A stretch of DNA of 64,000 nucleotides from an uncultured Actinomycetes bacterium (GCA_963842975.1 CAWJIH010000009.1:460310-524309); one strand, 5' to 3'. Positions 42,380-52,555 are shown, counted from the stretch's first letter. Numbers and translations: made by a program. The notes: a model not told the origin generated them from the sequence alone.

Positions 42380-43116
42380 TGGCTACCATCGCGCTGCTGC
42401 ACGCCTTTCCGCTTGGCCCGGCGATGTTCGACGCCCAACGTCGAGCCCTCACCGCTGCCGGACACGAGGTGGTGGTGCCGGACCTGTTGTCGCCGCAGCG
42501 GTCGTACTCGTCCGAGCCAGACCTCCATTCAATGGCCCGCTACGTCGTCGACGTGATGACTGAACACGGTCATCGGAACTTCGCGGTCGCCGGACTGTCG
42601 ATGGGGGGCTACGTCGCCATGGCGCTGTTGCGCATTGCGGCGGCTCGCATTGATGGTTTGGCGCTCCTGGACACCCGCTCCTCCGCGGACACCGACGCGG
42701 GGGCCCGTGCCCGCTTCGCCTACGCGGACCGGGTCGAGGCAGAAGGTATGGGCTGGGTGCCCGAGGCGACACTCGATTCGTTGCTGGGAGAAACCACCCG
42801 TGAATCACGCCAGGTAGTCGTGGATCGGGTGCGGGGTTGGATCGAGTCCGCAGACCCCACCATGGTGGCCTGGGCCCAACGGGCGATGGCTGAACGGCCG
42901 GATTCACTGCCCGAATTGCAGATCTTCCGGCAGCCTTCGTTGGTGCTTGTGGGTCAGGAAGACACCCTCACCCCGATTCCGGATGCCCTGGTGATCGCGG
43001 AGGCCCTCGGCGGGGCGCCACTGGCGCAGGTCAGCGGCGCCGGGCACCTCAGTAGCGTCGAGACTCCCAACAAGGTTTCCGACATGCTCACCACATGGGC
43101 CGAACGATTGGCTTGA
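42379..43116 (+). CDS. alpha/beta hydrolase
   Basis: LLHAFPLG, a GLSMGG nucleophile elbow and C-terminal GAGHLSSVE. GTG 42379 overlaps the SDR stop (TAGTG). Confidence 0.75.
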   Translation: MATIALLHAFPLGPAMFDAQRRALTAAGHEVVVPDLLSPQRSYSSEPDLHSMARYVVDVMTEHGHRNFAVAGLSMGGYVAMALLRIAAARIDGLALLDTRSSADTDAGARARFAYADRVEAEGMGWVPEATLDSLLGETTRESRQVVVDRVRGWIESADPTMVAWAQRAMAERPDSLPELQIFRQPSLVLVGQEDTLTPIPDALVIAEALGGAPLAQVSGAGHLSSVETPNKVSDMLTTWAERLA

Positions 43117-43191
43117 CGGGCGCCAGGGTGGTCAATTGGCCATAGCACACAGCGCGTCGGAGGTGGTCCGGAGGCGGTCCACCTTCTAGAG

Positions 43192-45153
43192 TTGCCGGAG
43201 TCGATGGAGGTTGACCTAATGACGTCTACTGCGGTTCCCCGCACGTCGACGTCTGCCCGCCTGCGTCCAACCGGCGGGACCTCGCAGCCAGAGGCTGCTA
43301 GAGCACGCTCACGCTACTACCTCGACCGGCCTGCCCCGCCGATGGGTTACGTGCCGGGACTCGACGGCATCAGGGCACTGGCAGTGCTCGGGGTGTTGGT
43401 GTTCCACGGCAATTCCTCATGGCTGCCGGGCGGGTTCTTAGGCGTCGATGTCTTCTTCGTGCTGTCTGGTTTTCTCATTTCCACGATCTTGCTCGAGCAG
43501 TTGAGTCTGCGCGGTCGAATCGACTTCGGTGTCTTCTACCGGCATCGAGTTCGCAGGCTGTTGCCGCCGCTGCTGGCGATGATCGCGCTTTCTGCGGTGC
43601 TCGTGGCGCTATTTGCCCACGACGCCGCCGCTCAGTTCCGGCGCACGGTGCTGCCGTCGTTGTTCTACGTTGCCAACTGGGCCTTCATCAACGACGAACT
43701 GTCGTACTTCGAGGAAATCGGCCGGCCCGCGGTGCTCCAGCATCTGTGGTCGCTGGCCATCGAGGAGCAGTTCTACTTGCTGTGGCCAGTGGCGCTGCTG
43801 TTCATCTATCGCCGTCGCGGTCGACTCGGGGTTGGCCGAGTGGCCTTTGCGATTGCGCTGGGATCGACGCTGCTGATGGCTGTGCTGTCACTCGTGTGGG
43901 GCATGCCAGGACAGTCAGATGCCAGCCGGTTGTACTTCGGAACGGACACCCACGCCATGGGGCTGCTGGTGGGCGCCGCGTTGGCCGCGGTCTACCGGCC
44001 CGGTGCGCTACCTCGCGATCTTCCTCGAATTCGACGATTGGCCCTCACCGGCGTCGGGGTGGCGGCCACGCTGTTCGTGCTGTTCGCCTACGCCAACGTC
44101 ACCGAACAGGGAAGTTGGCTGTACCGAGGCGGATTCGTGGTGTTCGCCCTGGCCACTGCGGTGATGATTGCGGTGGTCGCGCACCCGGCTGCGCTGCTCG
44201 GCGGGGTTTTCGGCAACGCCGCGATGCGGTACATCGGCACCCGCTCCTACGGGCTCTACCTCTACCACTGGCCGATCTTCGTGGTGCTGCGCCCCGAGGT
44301 AGACGTGCCACTGGGGACCTTCGGCACTTTCGTGCTGCGGGTGGCTTTGACGTTCGCCGTCGCGGAAGTTTCCTACCGCTACCTCGAGATGCCGTTCCGA
44401 CGCGGCACCGCCTTGCCGGCTATGAAGCGCTGGATCGCCTCGGCCGCCTCACCAAACCGGAGGATCGCAATCGTTGCGGGGACCACGACGGCGGTCACTG
44501 TCGCGGTGGTGGCCACCATCATCACCGCGAGTGCGCCCACCGCCGAGGACTACCTGGGCGGACGCACTGAGGTGAACGCCGCGCCCCTGGTGGAGGTCGG
44601 CCAACTCACCTCGCCGGGAGCCGCTGTTGCTGTTGCTGATGCCCCCTCCGAGCCGCCACCGGCGCCCAGCGAGCCGATCACAGCGGGCACCCCCATGACC
44701 GTGGTCGGGGACTCACTTGCGGTAGGTGCCGTAGACGGATTGGTAGCGCTGATGCCGGCGACCACAGTTGATGCCGCGGTGAGCCGGCAGGCACCTGAAG
44801 TATTCGATCGGCTGACGCAGCGCCACACCGCTGGCCAACTCGACTCCGTGGTGGTGATTCAGACCGGCACCAACGGGGTGGTGGCGGACGACCAACTACG
44901 CCAGACGTTGGAGCAACTGTCGGATCGCCAACGGGTGGTGCTGGTGACCTCGCACGGGCCTCACTGGTGGCAGGTCCAGGCCAACGAAACCCTCGCCGCA
45001 GTCGGCGCGGAGTTCCCCAACGTGCGAATCGCTGATTTCGCCTCGGCGGCCAATGGCCGCAGCGACTATTTCGTCGAGGACGGAGTGCACCTGACGCCCG
45101 TCGGTCTGGACGCCTATACGCAGTTGATCACGTCGACCGTGCAAGCTCCCTGA
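43192..45153 (+). CDS. acyltransferase family 3 membrane protein with a C-terminal SGNH-like domain (OafA/YrhL type)
   Basis: LDGIRALAVLGVLVFH and about 10 TM segments. A soluble C-terminal domain follows (TVVGDSLAV...IQTGTNG...EDGVHLT). Confidence 0.8.
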   Translation: MPESMEVDLMTSTAVPRTSTSARLRPTGGTSQPEAARARSRYYLDRPAPPMGYVPGLDGIRALAVLGVLVFHGNSSWLPGGFLGVDVFFVLSGFLISTILLEQLSLRGRIDFGVFYRHRVRRLLPPLLAMIALSAVLVALFAHDAAAQFRRTVLPSLFYVANWAFINDELSYFEEIGRPAVLQHLWSLAIEEQFYLLWPVALLFIYRRRGRLGVGRVAFAIALGSTLLMAVLSLVWGMPGQSDASRLYFGTDTHAMGLLVGAALAAVYRPGALPRDLPRIRRLALTGVGVAATLFVLFAYANVTEQGSWLYRGGFVVFALATAVMIAVVAHPAALLGGVFGNAAMRYIGTRSYGLYLYHWPIFVVLRPEVDVPLGTFGTFVLRVALTFAVAEVSYRYLEMPFRRGTALPAMKRWIASAASPNRRIAIVAGTTTAVTVAVVATIITASAPTAEDYLGGRTEVNAAPLVEVGQLTSPGAAVAVADAPSEPPPAPSEPITAGTPMTVVGDSLAVGAVDGLVALMPATTVDAAVSRQAPEVFDRLTQRHTAGQLDSVVVIQTGTNGVVADDQLRQTLEQLSDRQRVVLVTSHGPHWWQVQANETLAAVGAEFPNVRIADFASAANGRSDYFVEDGVHLTPVGLDAYTQLITSTVQAP

Positions 45154-45166
45154 TGGCACGAAACTG

Positions 45167-47005
45167 ATGGTCAGTTTCGGCGCGCCGCTGCTGCAGGCCG
45201 ACAGCGTGGTGGTGATTCGAGGGGAGCGCACCCTCCTCGACGACGTGAGCCTGGGTGTGAGCGCTGGCGACCGGATCGGTGTGGTGGGGCGCAATGGCGC
45301 GGGCAAGTCGACGCTGCTGGACGTGCTGTGCGGATCTGGCGAGCTGACTTCCGGCCGAGTGGTGCGTAGTCGTGGGGTGACCGTGGCCCGAGTCGCCCAG
45401 CATGATCGACTGCCACCGGGCAGCGTGCTGGCCGGCATCGTAGGGAGTGTGCCGGAGTCAACCTGGGCGTCGGATCCACGGATCCGAGCGATCGTCGAGG
45501 GCTTGTTTGGTTCGATACAGGCGCCGATCCTTGCCAAGGATTCCGGAGACCTAAGCGGTGGCGAGGCGCGACGCGCAGCACTTGCGGCTGCGTTGGCCGC
45601 CGACGCCGACGTATTGATTCTTGACGAGCCCACCAACCATCTCGATCTGGCCGGTGTGCGCTGGCTGGCTGGCTACACCCGCGGATTGCCCAAGTCGAGA
45701 TCGGTGGTGGTGGTGACCCACGACAGGTGGTTCCTGGACGATGTCACCACTCGCACCTGGGAAGTTCACGACGGGGTTGTCGACAGCTATGAGGGCGGAT
45801 ACGCCGCGTATGTGCTCGCCAAGGCCGAACGTCAACGTCAAGGAGAGGTTGAGAATGCCCGGCGCGCCAACCTGGTGCGTAAGGAACTGGCATGGTTGCG
45901 GCGCGGGCCGCCGGCGCGCACGTCAAAGCCGAAGTTTCGGGTGGATGCCGCGAACGCGCTGATCGCCGACGAACCCCCAGCCCGGGATGCCTTGAAGTTG
46001 CGGACGGTGGCTGCAGCCAGGCTGGGCAAGAAAGTGCTGGAGCTCAAGGACGTGTCATTGGCCCCGGCTCCGGGGGTTGAACCGGTGGTCGAATCGGTCA
46101 CGCTCCAACTCGGCCCGGGCGATCGGGTGGGCATAGTGGGGCCAAACGGAGCGGGGAAAACCACCCTGGTGCGGTTGATATCCGGTGCCGGTTCGGTGGT
46201 CACCGCGGGGACAGTGGATCGCGGCGTCACAGTGGTTCCCGGGGCGCTGGAACAGCAACTGCGCGAAGTCGACGCCCAGACCCGGGTGCTGCCCTGGCTG
46301 ACCCAGGTGGGCAACCGGGTGACGGTGACCTCGGGTGAGGAGCTCACGCCGTCGCAGTTGCTGGATCAGTTTGGTTTCGCCTCGGATACGGCCTGGAAGC
46401 GTTTGGGTGAGCTCTCAGGTGGTGAAGTCCGGCGGCTGTTTCTGCTGCGAATGCTGCTGGCCGGGCCAAACCTGATAGTGCTTGATGAACCTACTAACGA
46501 CCTCGACATCGAAACGCTGACTGTCACTGAGGATCTGCTGGATTCCTGGCCCGGCACGTTGGTGGTGGTGTCACACGATCGCTATTTCCTGGAGCGAGTG
46601 TGCGATGACATCTACCTGGTGGCCGATCGAGAACTCCGACACCTGCCCGGTGGCGTCGATGAGTACCTGACCTTGCTTGCGGCTGGCCTGGGCACGGCCG
46701 CTTCCCCAGGTTCGGATGCCTCGGAACCCCGTTCCGCGGTCCCGACTCCGACGGTATCGGTCGCTTCAGCGGGAGGCCCTGCGCCCGCTGCGGCCGAGGT
46801 GCGCGCCGCCCGCAAGCGGATGCAAGCGGTGGAGCGCCGACTGTCCACAATCGACACTTCGGCCGAGCGGGTTCACGCCCAGATGGTCGAGGCTGCGACG
46901 GACCCCGAGGCGCTTGCCCCCCTCGTGGAACGCCTCGCCACACTCGAAGTTGAGCGGGAGGCCCTCGAAGCCGAGTGGCTGGAACTCGCTGACACCGCTG
47001 GCTGA
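45167..47005 (+). CDS. ABC-F family ATPase (tandem ABC domains, no TM segments)
   Basis: Two Walker A sites (GRNGAGKST, GPNGAGKTT), two signature motifs (LSGGEARR, LSGGEVRR), and a C-terminal coiled coil. Confidence 0.88.
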   Translation: MVSFGAPLLQADSVVVIRGERTLLDDVSLGVSAGDRIGVVGRNGAGKSTLLDVLCGSGELTSGRVVRSRGVTVARVAQHDRLPPGSVLAGIVGSVPESTWASDPRIRAIVEGLFGSIQAPILAKDSGDLSGGEARRAALAAALAADADVLILDEPTNHLDLAGVRWLAGYTRGLPKSRSVVVVTHDRWFLDDVTTRTWEVHDGVVDSYEGGYAAYVLAKAERQRQGEVENARRANLVRKELAWLRRGPPARTSKPKFRVDAANALIADEPPARDALKLRTVAAARLGKKVLELKDVSLAPAPGVEPVVESVTLQLGPGDRVGIVGPNGAGKTTLVRLISGAGSVVTAGTVDRGVTVVPGALEQQLREVDAQTRVLPWLTQVGNRVTVTSGEELTPSQLLDQFGFASDTAWKRLGELSGGEVRRLFLLRMLLAGPNLIVLDEPTNDLDIETLTVTEDLLDSWPGTLVVVSHDRYFLERVCDDIYLVADRELRHLPGGVDEYLTLLAAGLGTAASPGSDASEPRSAVPTPTVSVASAGGPAPAAAEVRAARKRMQAVERRLSTIDTSAERVHAQMVEAATDPEALAPLVERLATLEVEREALEAEWLELADTAG

Positions 47006-47033
47006 GCCTTACGCTGCTCGGCCCCTGGCACGC

Positions 47034-47068
47034 GCTGGGGCGGGCAGGTCATACCCGCCCGCCCCAGC
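47034..47068. terminator. stem-loop between the convergent ABC-F and ccr genes
   Basis: GCTGGGGCGGGC (47034-47045) and GCCCGCCCCAGC (47057-47068) form a 12-bp GC-rich stem with an 11-nt loop. Confidence 0.55.
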
Positions 47069-47096
47069 CACAGTGTTCCGGTCAGACGTCGTCCGG

Positions 47097-48437
47097 TCAG
47101 ACGTCGCGGAACCGGTTGATCTCGTCGATGTGCGCCGCGCGCATCTCCTCATCGCGCACACCGAGACCCTCTTCGGGGGCGAGCGTCAGGACGCCGACCT
47201 TGCCCTGGTGCAGGTTGCGGTGCACGTCGTAGGCGGCCTGCCCGGTGTCTTCCAGTGCGTACACCTTCGACAGGGTCGGGTGGATCATCCCCTTTTCGAT
47301 CAGCCGGTTGGCTTCGTAGGCCTCCCGGTAGTTGGCGAAGTGCGAGCCGATGATGCGCTTGAGGTTCATCCACAGATAGCGGTTGTCGTATTCGTGCATG
47401 TAGCCCGAGGTCGACGCACAGGTGACGATCTTGCCGCCCTTGCGGGTGACGAACACCGAGGCGCCGAAGGTCTCACGGCCGGGGTGTTCGAAGACGATGT
47501 CGATGTCCTCACCGCCGGTCAGTTCGCGGATGTCCTTGCCGAATCGCTTCCACTCGCGCGGGTCCTGCACACCCTCGTCGGTCCAGAACTTGTAGTCGCG
47601 TTCCCGGCGGTCGATCACCAACTCGGCACCCATCGAGCGCACGATTTCGGCCTTCTCGGGGCTGGAAACGACGCATACCGGGATGGCGCCACCGTTGAGG
47701 GCGTATTGGGTGGCGAACGCGCCGAGGCCGCCGGAAGCGCCCCAGATGAGCACGACGTCACCCTGCTTCATGTTGCCACCGTTTTCGCTGACCAGCTGAC
47801 GGTAGGCGGTGGAGTTGACCAGACCGGGGCTGGCCGCTTCCTCCCATGACAGGTGCTTCGGCTTCGGCATCAGCTGGTTGCTCTTGACGATCGCCAGTTC
47901 AGCCAAACCACCGAAGTTGGTCTCGAAACCCCAGATGCGCTGCTCGGGGTCCATCATGGTGTCGTTGTGTCCAGCTGGCGATTCCAATTCGACCGACAGG
48001 CAGTGGGCGACGACCTCATCGCCAGGCTTCCAGGCGTTGACTCCCGGACCTGTGCGGAGCACGACGCCGGCGAGGTCGGAGCCGAGGATGTGGTACGGCA
48101 GGTCGTGGCGCTTGGCCTCGGCGTGGCTGCGGCCGTAGCGCTCGAGGAAGCCAAAGGTGCTGACCGGCTCGAAGATGGACGTCCACACGGTGTTGTAGTT
48201 GATGGCGCTTGCCATCACCGCGACGAGCGCCTCACCCGCGGCCAGTGGCGGTACCGGCACATCGTCGAGGTGCAGCGACTTGCGCGGGTCCTTGTCCCGG
48301 GAGGGGACGTCGGCGAACATGTCCTGCTCGTCCTTGTGGACCGTGATCCCTCGGTAGGACTCGGGAATCTCGATGTTCGCGAACTCTTCGGCCGGGGTGT
48401 CGCCGGCCATGATCGCGTCGCGGATGTCATCCATCAC
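47097..48437 (-). CDS. ccr: crotonyl-CoA carboxylase/reductase
   Basis: 446 aa. Near-colinear resemblance to Streptomyces Ccr as I recall it (ESYRGITVHKDE, DKDPRKSLHLDDVPVP, HNDTMMDPEQRIWGFETNFGGLAE, ending RNLHQGKVGVL). Confidence 0.9.
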   Translation of the reverse strand: MMDDIRDAIMAGDTPAEEFANIEIPESYRGITVHKDEQDMFADVPSRDKDPRKSLHLDDVPVPPLAAGEALVAVMASAINYNTVWTSIFEPVSTFGFLERYGRSHAEAKRHDLPYHILGSDLAGVVLRTGPGVNAWKPGDEVVAHCLSVELESPAGHNDTMMDPEQRIWGFETNFGGLAELAIVKSNQLMPKPKHLSWEEAASPGLVNSTAYRQLVSENGGNMKQGDVVLIWGASGGLGAFATQYALNGGAIPVCVVSSPEKAEIVRSMGAELVIDRRERDYKFWTDEGVQDPREWKRFGKDIRELTGGEDIDIVFEHPGRETFGASVFVTRKGGKIVTCASTSGYMHEYDNRYLWMNLKRIIGSHFANYREAYEANRLIEKGMIHPTLSKVYALEDTGQAAYDVHRNLHQGKVGVLTLAPEEGLGVRDEEMRAAHIDEINRFRDV

Positions 48438-48534
48438 TGCCTCCTCGCAGTCGTGCGGTGGTCTTGATCTGTGGTTGAGTCAGGTGCCAGAAGCACGAGA
48501 TAGGTGAAAAATACTTCATGTGTTGTCGCGGTTT

Positions 48535-48981
48535 TCAGTGGCCCTCGGCGGTTGGCTCCACCAGCTCCATGAGCACCCCGCCGCAGTCCTTCGGGTGGCA
48601 GAAGTTCACTCGCGAGCCGGCAGTGCCGCGCTTGGGGGTTTCGTAGAGCACCCGGACTCCGGCGGCACGCAGAGTGTCGGCGGCGAGGTCGATGTCGGTG
48701 ACCCGAAGTGCCATCTGCTGGATCCCCTCGCCATTGCGAGCCAGGAACTTTCCGATCGGGGAGTCCTCGCGCAGGGGCGCAAGCAGTTGGATGCATGATC
48801 CGGAGTCCCCAACGGCCATCATCGCCTCGCGGACGCCTTGCTCCTCGTTGACCTCCTCGTGAATCATCTTCATCCCGAAGGCGCGGGCATAGAAGGCAAT
48901 CGCGGTATCCAAGTCGGCGACTGCAAGGCCGACGTGGTCGATCGCGGTGACGTAGGGGGCGACTTCGGGTGGGACGGTCAT
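48535..48981 (-). CDS. mce: methylmalonyl-CoA/ethylmalonyl-CoA epimerase (VOC family)
   Basis: 148 aa, IDHVGLAV.DLD.A..FY, GIQQMALRV, FCHPKDCGGVLMELVE. Lies immediately upstream of ccr on the same strand. Confidence 0.85.
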   Translation of the reverse strand: MTVPPEVAPYVTAIDHVGLAVADLDTAIAFYARAFGMKMIHEEVNEEQGVREAMMAVGDSGSCIQLLAPLREDSPIGKFLARNGEGIQQMALRVTDIDLAADTLRAAGVRVLYETPKRGTAGSRVNFCHPKDCGGVLMELVEPTAEGH

Positions 48982-49146
48982 GATGGCTGCTTCTCCTTGG
49001 CTGGTGTGGGCGCGGCGGCCCGCGGCTGCAGGGGTCGCGGTTGAACCGTGCCGTTATCACGAGTGCTACGGGGCGGCGGTGTGCGGCCATCCCCTGCTGG
49101 TTATCGTTGCAGGCACACTTGTTCAGCCGTTCAGCGGAGGTCGACC

Positions 49147-50337
49147 ATGTCCGGGAATGTCATCGTTGCAGGCGCACGTACCCCCATGGGGCGCCTATTG
49201 GGTTCGCTCAAGTCGCGCTCGGCGGCGCAACTCGGTGGGGTGGCTATCGCCGGCGCTTTGGACCGAGCTGGAGTGGCTCCAGACCAAGTCGACTACGTGA
49301 TCATGGGCCATGTGCTGCAGGCCGGTACCGGGCAGATCACTGCCCGGCAGGCGGCCGTGGAAGCCGGCATCCCCATGAGCGTGCCAGCACTGACCATCAA
49401 CAAGGTGTGCCTCAGCGGCATCGACGCCATCGCGCTGGCCGATCAACTCATCCGTGCGGGCGAGTTTGAGGTCGTCGTTGCCGGTGGCATGGAGTCGATG
49501 ACCAACGCCCCGCACCTGCTGATGGGTTCACGGGAGGGCGTGAAGTACGGCGACTGGTCGGCAATCGACTCATTGGCCTTCGACGGTCTGACGTGTGCCT
49601 TTGACCAGTGCGCGATGGGCGAATCGACCGAGAAGTACAACTCCCGGTATTCGTTTGGTCGCGCCGAGCAGGACGCCTTTGCGGCCGCGTCCCACGAGCG
49701 GGCGGCTGCGGCGCAGAAGTCCGGCGCGCTTGGTGAGGAGATCGTTGCGGTGTCGATTCCGCAGCGCCGTGGTGAGCCGCTGGTGGTGGAGGCGGACGAG
49801 GGCATCCGCCCAGAAACCACTGCCGAGTCGTTGGGCAAATTGCGTCCGGCGTTCGCCAAAGACGGCACCGTGACTGCCGGAAACGCCTCCCAGATCTCTG
49901 ATGGCGCGGCGGCTGTGGTGGTCATGAGCAAGGCCAAGGCTGAGGAACTCGGCCTTGAGTGGCTTGCCGAGATCGGCGCCCACGGTGTTGTTGCCGGGCC
50001 CGATGCGTCGCTGCACCTGCAACCAGCCGAGGCAATTCTGGCTGCCTGCGCCAAGCAGGGGATCACCCCGGCGGATCTGGACGTGCTGGAAATCAACGAG
50101 GCCTTCGCTGCGGTCGGTCTGGCATCGACCGAGAAGTTGGGCGTGGACCCAGAGGTCGTCAACGTCAACGGCGGTGCGATCGCGCTAGGCCACCCGCTTG
50201 GCATGTCGGGTGCCCGGATCGTGCTGAGCCTGGCGCTAGAGCTGCGCCGCCGTGGTGGCGGTACCGGTGCTGCGGCGCTGTGTGGTGGCGGCGGTCAAGG
50301 CGACGCTTTGATCATCACCGTTCCCGCTGCGGAGTAG
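49147..50337 (+). CDS. acetyl-CoA C-acetyltransferase (thiolase II)
   Basis: Active-site Cys in [21 protein letters not shown], and C-terminal [12 protein letters not shown] 49147 lies within track ORF 49048..50337. Confidence 0.92.
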   Translation: MSGNVIVAGARTPMGRLLGSLKSRSAAQLGGVAIAGALDRAGVAPDQVDYVIMGHVLQAGTGQITARQAAVEAGIPMSVPALTINKVCLSGIDAIALADQLIRAGEFEVVVAGGMESMTNAPHLLMGSREGVKYGDWSAIDSLAFDGLTCAFDQCAMGESTEKYNSRYSFGRAEQDAFAAASHERAAAAQKSGALGEEIVAVSIPQRRGEPLVVEADEGIRPETTAESLGKLRPAFAKDGTVTAGNASQISDGAAAVVVMSKAKAEELGLEWLAEIGAHGVVAGPDASLHLQPAEAILAACAKQGITPADLDVLEINEAFAAVGLASTEKLGVDPEVVNVNGGAIALGHPLGMSGARIVLSLALELRRRGGGTGAAALCGGGGQGDALIITVPAAE

Positions 50338-50339
50338 GC

Positions 50340-51293
50340 GTGCGGCGGTACGGCGATGTACCGGATCTGGTGACGCGGGCACGGCGCGGCGAACCCCGCG
50401 CCGTCGCCCGGCTCATCTCTATGGTCGAAGATTCCTCGCCACAGTTGCGCGAGGTCGCGGCGGCTTTGGCGCCCTATGCGGGCCGCGCACACATCGTCGG
50501 CTTGACCGGATCACCCGGCGTTGGCAAGTCCACGACCACCTCCGCGCTGGTTTCGGCCTATCGGGCGCAGGGCAAACGGGTGGGAGTGCTGGCGGTGGAT
50601 CCGTCGTCGCCGTTCTCCGGCGGAGCCCTGCTGGGCGATCGGATCCGGATGCAAGATCACGCCCTGGACCCTGAGGTGTTCATTCGGTCCATGGCCTCCC
50701 GCGGACACTTGGGCGGTCTGGCCTGGTCGACCCCGCAGGCGTTGCGAGTGCTTGACGGAGCCGGCTGCGAGGTGATTCTGGTGGAAACCGTGGGGGTGGG
50801 GCAGTCCGAGGTGGAAGTCATCGGGGTGGCCGACACGGTGGTGGTGCTGCTCGCACCGGGAATGGGTGATGGCATCCAGGCGGCAAAGGCGGGGATCCTG
50901 GAAATTGGTGACGTGTTCGCGGTCAACAAAGCCGACCGGGACGGCGCCGATGCCACCGCCCGGGAACTGCGCCACATGATCGGTCTGGGTGAGCGCGCGG
51001 CTGGCGCCTGGCGGCCTCCAGTGCTGAAGATGATCGCAGCGCGAGGTGAGGGCATCGACGAGTTGGTGGCAGCGATCGACAAGCACCGGGTGTGGGCGTT
51101 GGAGTCCGGTGCCGGTCTGGTGCGCCGGGAGCGGCGGGCAGCCGAGGAGATCGAGGCGCTGGCGATGGAGTCGGTGCGGCGGCGTTTGGTGGCTGATCGG
51201 ACAGTCCTGGGTGGGCTGGCCGCCGATGTGGCCGCAGGGCTGGAAGATCCGTACGTTGCAGCGGATCGGTTGCTGGCCGCGGGTGGTTTCTGA
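50340..51293 (+). CDS. meaB: methylmalonyl-CoA mutase-associated G-protein chaperone (MeaB/ArgK family)
   Basis: Walker A GSPGVGKST, ETVGVGQSE, and the NKAD specificity motif. GTG 50340 lies 3 nt after the thiolase stop. Confidence 0.9.
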   Translation: MRRYGDVPDLVTRARRGEPRAVARLISMVEDSSPQLREVAAALAPYAGRAHIVGLTGSPGVGKSTTTSALVSAYRAQGKRVGVLAVDPSSPFSGGALLGDRIRMQDHALDPEVFIRSMASRGHLGGLAWSTPQALRVLDGAGCEVILVETVGVGQSEVEVIGVADTVVVLLAPGMGDGIQAAKAGILEIGDVFAVNKADRDGADATARELRHMIGLGERAAGAWRPPVLKMIAARGEGIDELVAAIDKHRVWALESGAGLVRRERRAAEEIEALAMESVRRRLVADRTVLGGLAADVAAGLEDPYVAADRLLAAGGF

Positions 51294-51336
51294 CCGGCTC
51301 AGTGGAGTCGGCGGGGTCGGGTCTCGCCTGGGGCAG

Positions 51337-51453
51337 TCAGCCCAGCACCTCCCCATGGCGGACGCGGCGCAGCACCGCACTGGCGTCCTGCCGCAGTTCC
51401 CGCACCTTTTCTGGTGTCCATGAGCTACGTGGTCGCTCCGAATACACCGCCAT
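51337..51453 (-). pseudogene. fragment resembling the N-terminus of a Phd/YefM-type antitoxin
   Basis: 38-codon ORF MAVYSERPRSSWTPEKVRELRQDASAVLRRVRHGEVLG*. The ELRQ.AS.VLRRV..GE segment resembles Phd/YefM N-termini. It is cut off where the RGRPVA strand is expected, and no toxin gene follows. Confidence 0.3.
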
Positions 51454-51713
51454 CGTGGGGGTGCTGGCGGGCGCTCGGAATGCAGTGCGTGCGCGGGGCG
51501 CCGGTGACCACGCCGTTTGACGCAGAGGGTGACCAGACTCTTCGGCCTTGATGTGCGCACCCTGCGTGAGTATCTACGCCACGAGCAAGCAACTAGGCAA
51601 CGCCTTTGCCAGGGGCAAGGCAGTGCAGGGGCAACAGTCCGGCTTGTCCGAACACCTCGGCGCGAGGGGGTGATTGACATGAACATCGACCACGAGTCGT
51701 GTGGCGCGCATGC

Positions 51714-52082
51714 TCACCGAAGTTGGCGCACGCCCGGTGCGTCAGCCCAGGCGCGATCCGCGGTCAGGACCAGCTCCCCGGTCCGGTGTCCGAGTGCCAA
51801 GCAGAGACGGTCACCGAGGGAGAGTCCCTCCCCGCGGCGCCAGCGTCGAGCGGCCCATTCTGCGTCCTGCGCGGTGACGGGGTCGAGGGTCAGCCCGTGG
51901 GACATCAGCAAGGCGCGGGCACGGTCCCAGTCGCCGCCGGCCGCGATGACCTGCTGGGCGACTTCGCTCCAGTTGGCCGTGCAGCAGCGGCCCTGTTGGT
52001 TTGCTAGTTCGGCCTCCACAGTTTCGGCCCCAGGCTCACCGCCCAGGTAGGCGAGCAGCGCGGACGCGTCGAAAACTGTCAT
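51714..52082 (-). CDS. vapC: PIN-domain ribonuclease toxin VapC
   Basis: 123 aa, N-terminal MTVFDASALLAYL (PIN Asp) and downstream acidic residues. ATGA overlap with the upstream antitoxin. The track ORF 51714..52340 is longer. Confidence 0.8.
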   Translation of the reverse strand: MTVFDASALLAYLGGEPGAETVEAELANQQGRCCTANWSEVAQQVIAAGGDWDRARALLMSHGLTLDPVTAQDAEWAARRWRRGEGLSLGDRLCLALGHRTGELVLTADRAWADAPGVRQLR

Positions 52083-52324
52083 GCGGAGTCCTCGGCGGAC
52101 GCTGTCGCCCGGCGCTCGGCGAGCAGTTGGCCGACAAGGTCCCTGCCTTGCAGGTCCGAGCGGACGAGGTCGCGCAACTGGGTCTGGGTGAGCATGAGGA
52201 GACCGCCTGGGGTCTCGACGAAGATGATGGGCTGTCCCTCGTGCAGACCGACCCTTGCACGGAGATCGGCGGGTATAACGAGCCGACCGCGATCGCCCAT
52301 CGAGGCGAGGTGTGTCCCACTCAT
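52079..52324 (-). CDS. vapB: AbrB/MazE/SpoVT-type antitoxin VapB
   Basis: 81 aa. GRLVIPADLRARVGLHEGQPIIF is the swapped-hairpin AbrB-like DNA-binding motif. Start at MSGTHL (aa 27 of the track ORF). Confidence 0.75.
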   Translation of the reverse strand: MSGTHLASMGDRGRLVIPADLRARVGLHEGQPIIFVETPGGLLMLTQTQLRDLVRSDLQGRDLVGQLLAERRATASAEDSA

Positions 52325-52555
52325 GCTCTGACCGTACCACTCGATAAGTCCTAAGTGGTACGTCGTGGACTCGGGCGGGAGGCCTGCGACCGATGGCGGC
52401 AACCGAAGACGAGACTTCGCCGTGACTTCAAGACGCAGCCCCGCTGACTGGCAGGGTTCTCATCGACGGCCGATTTCGGTCAAGCGGGCCATGGGGGTGG
52501 CTAGGGTATTCGGGGTTCGTGCGGAAAGGCTATCGGCGGGTGGATGGCGCCGGTG

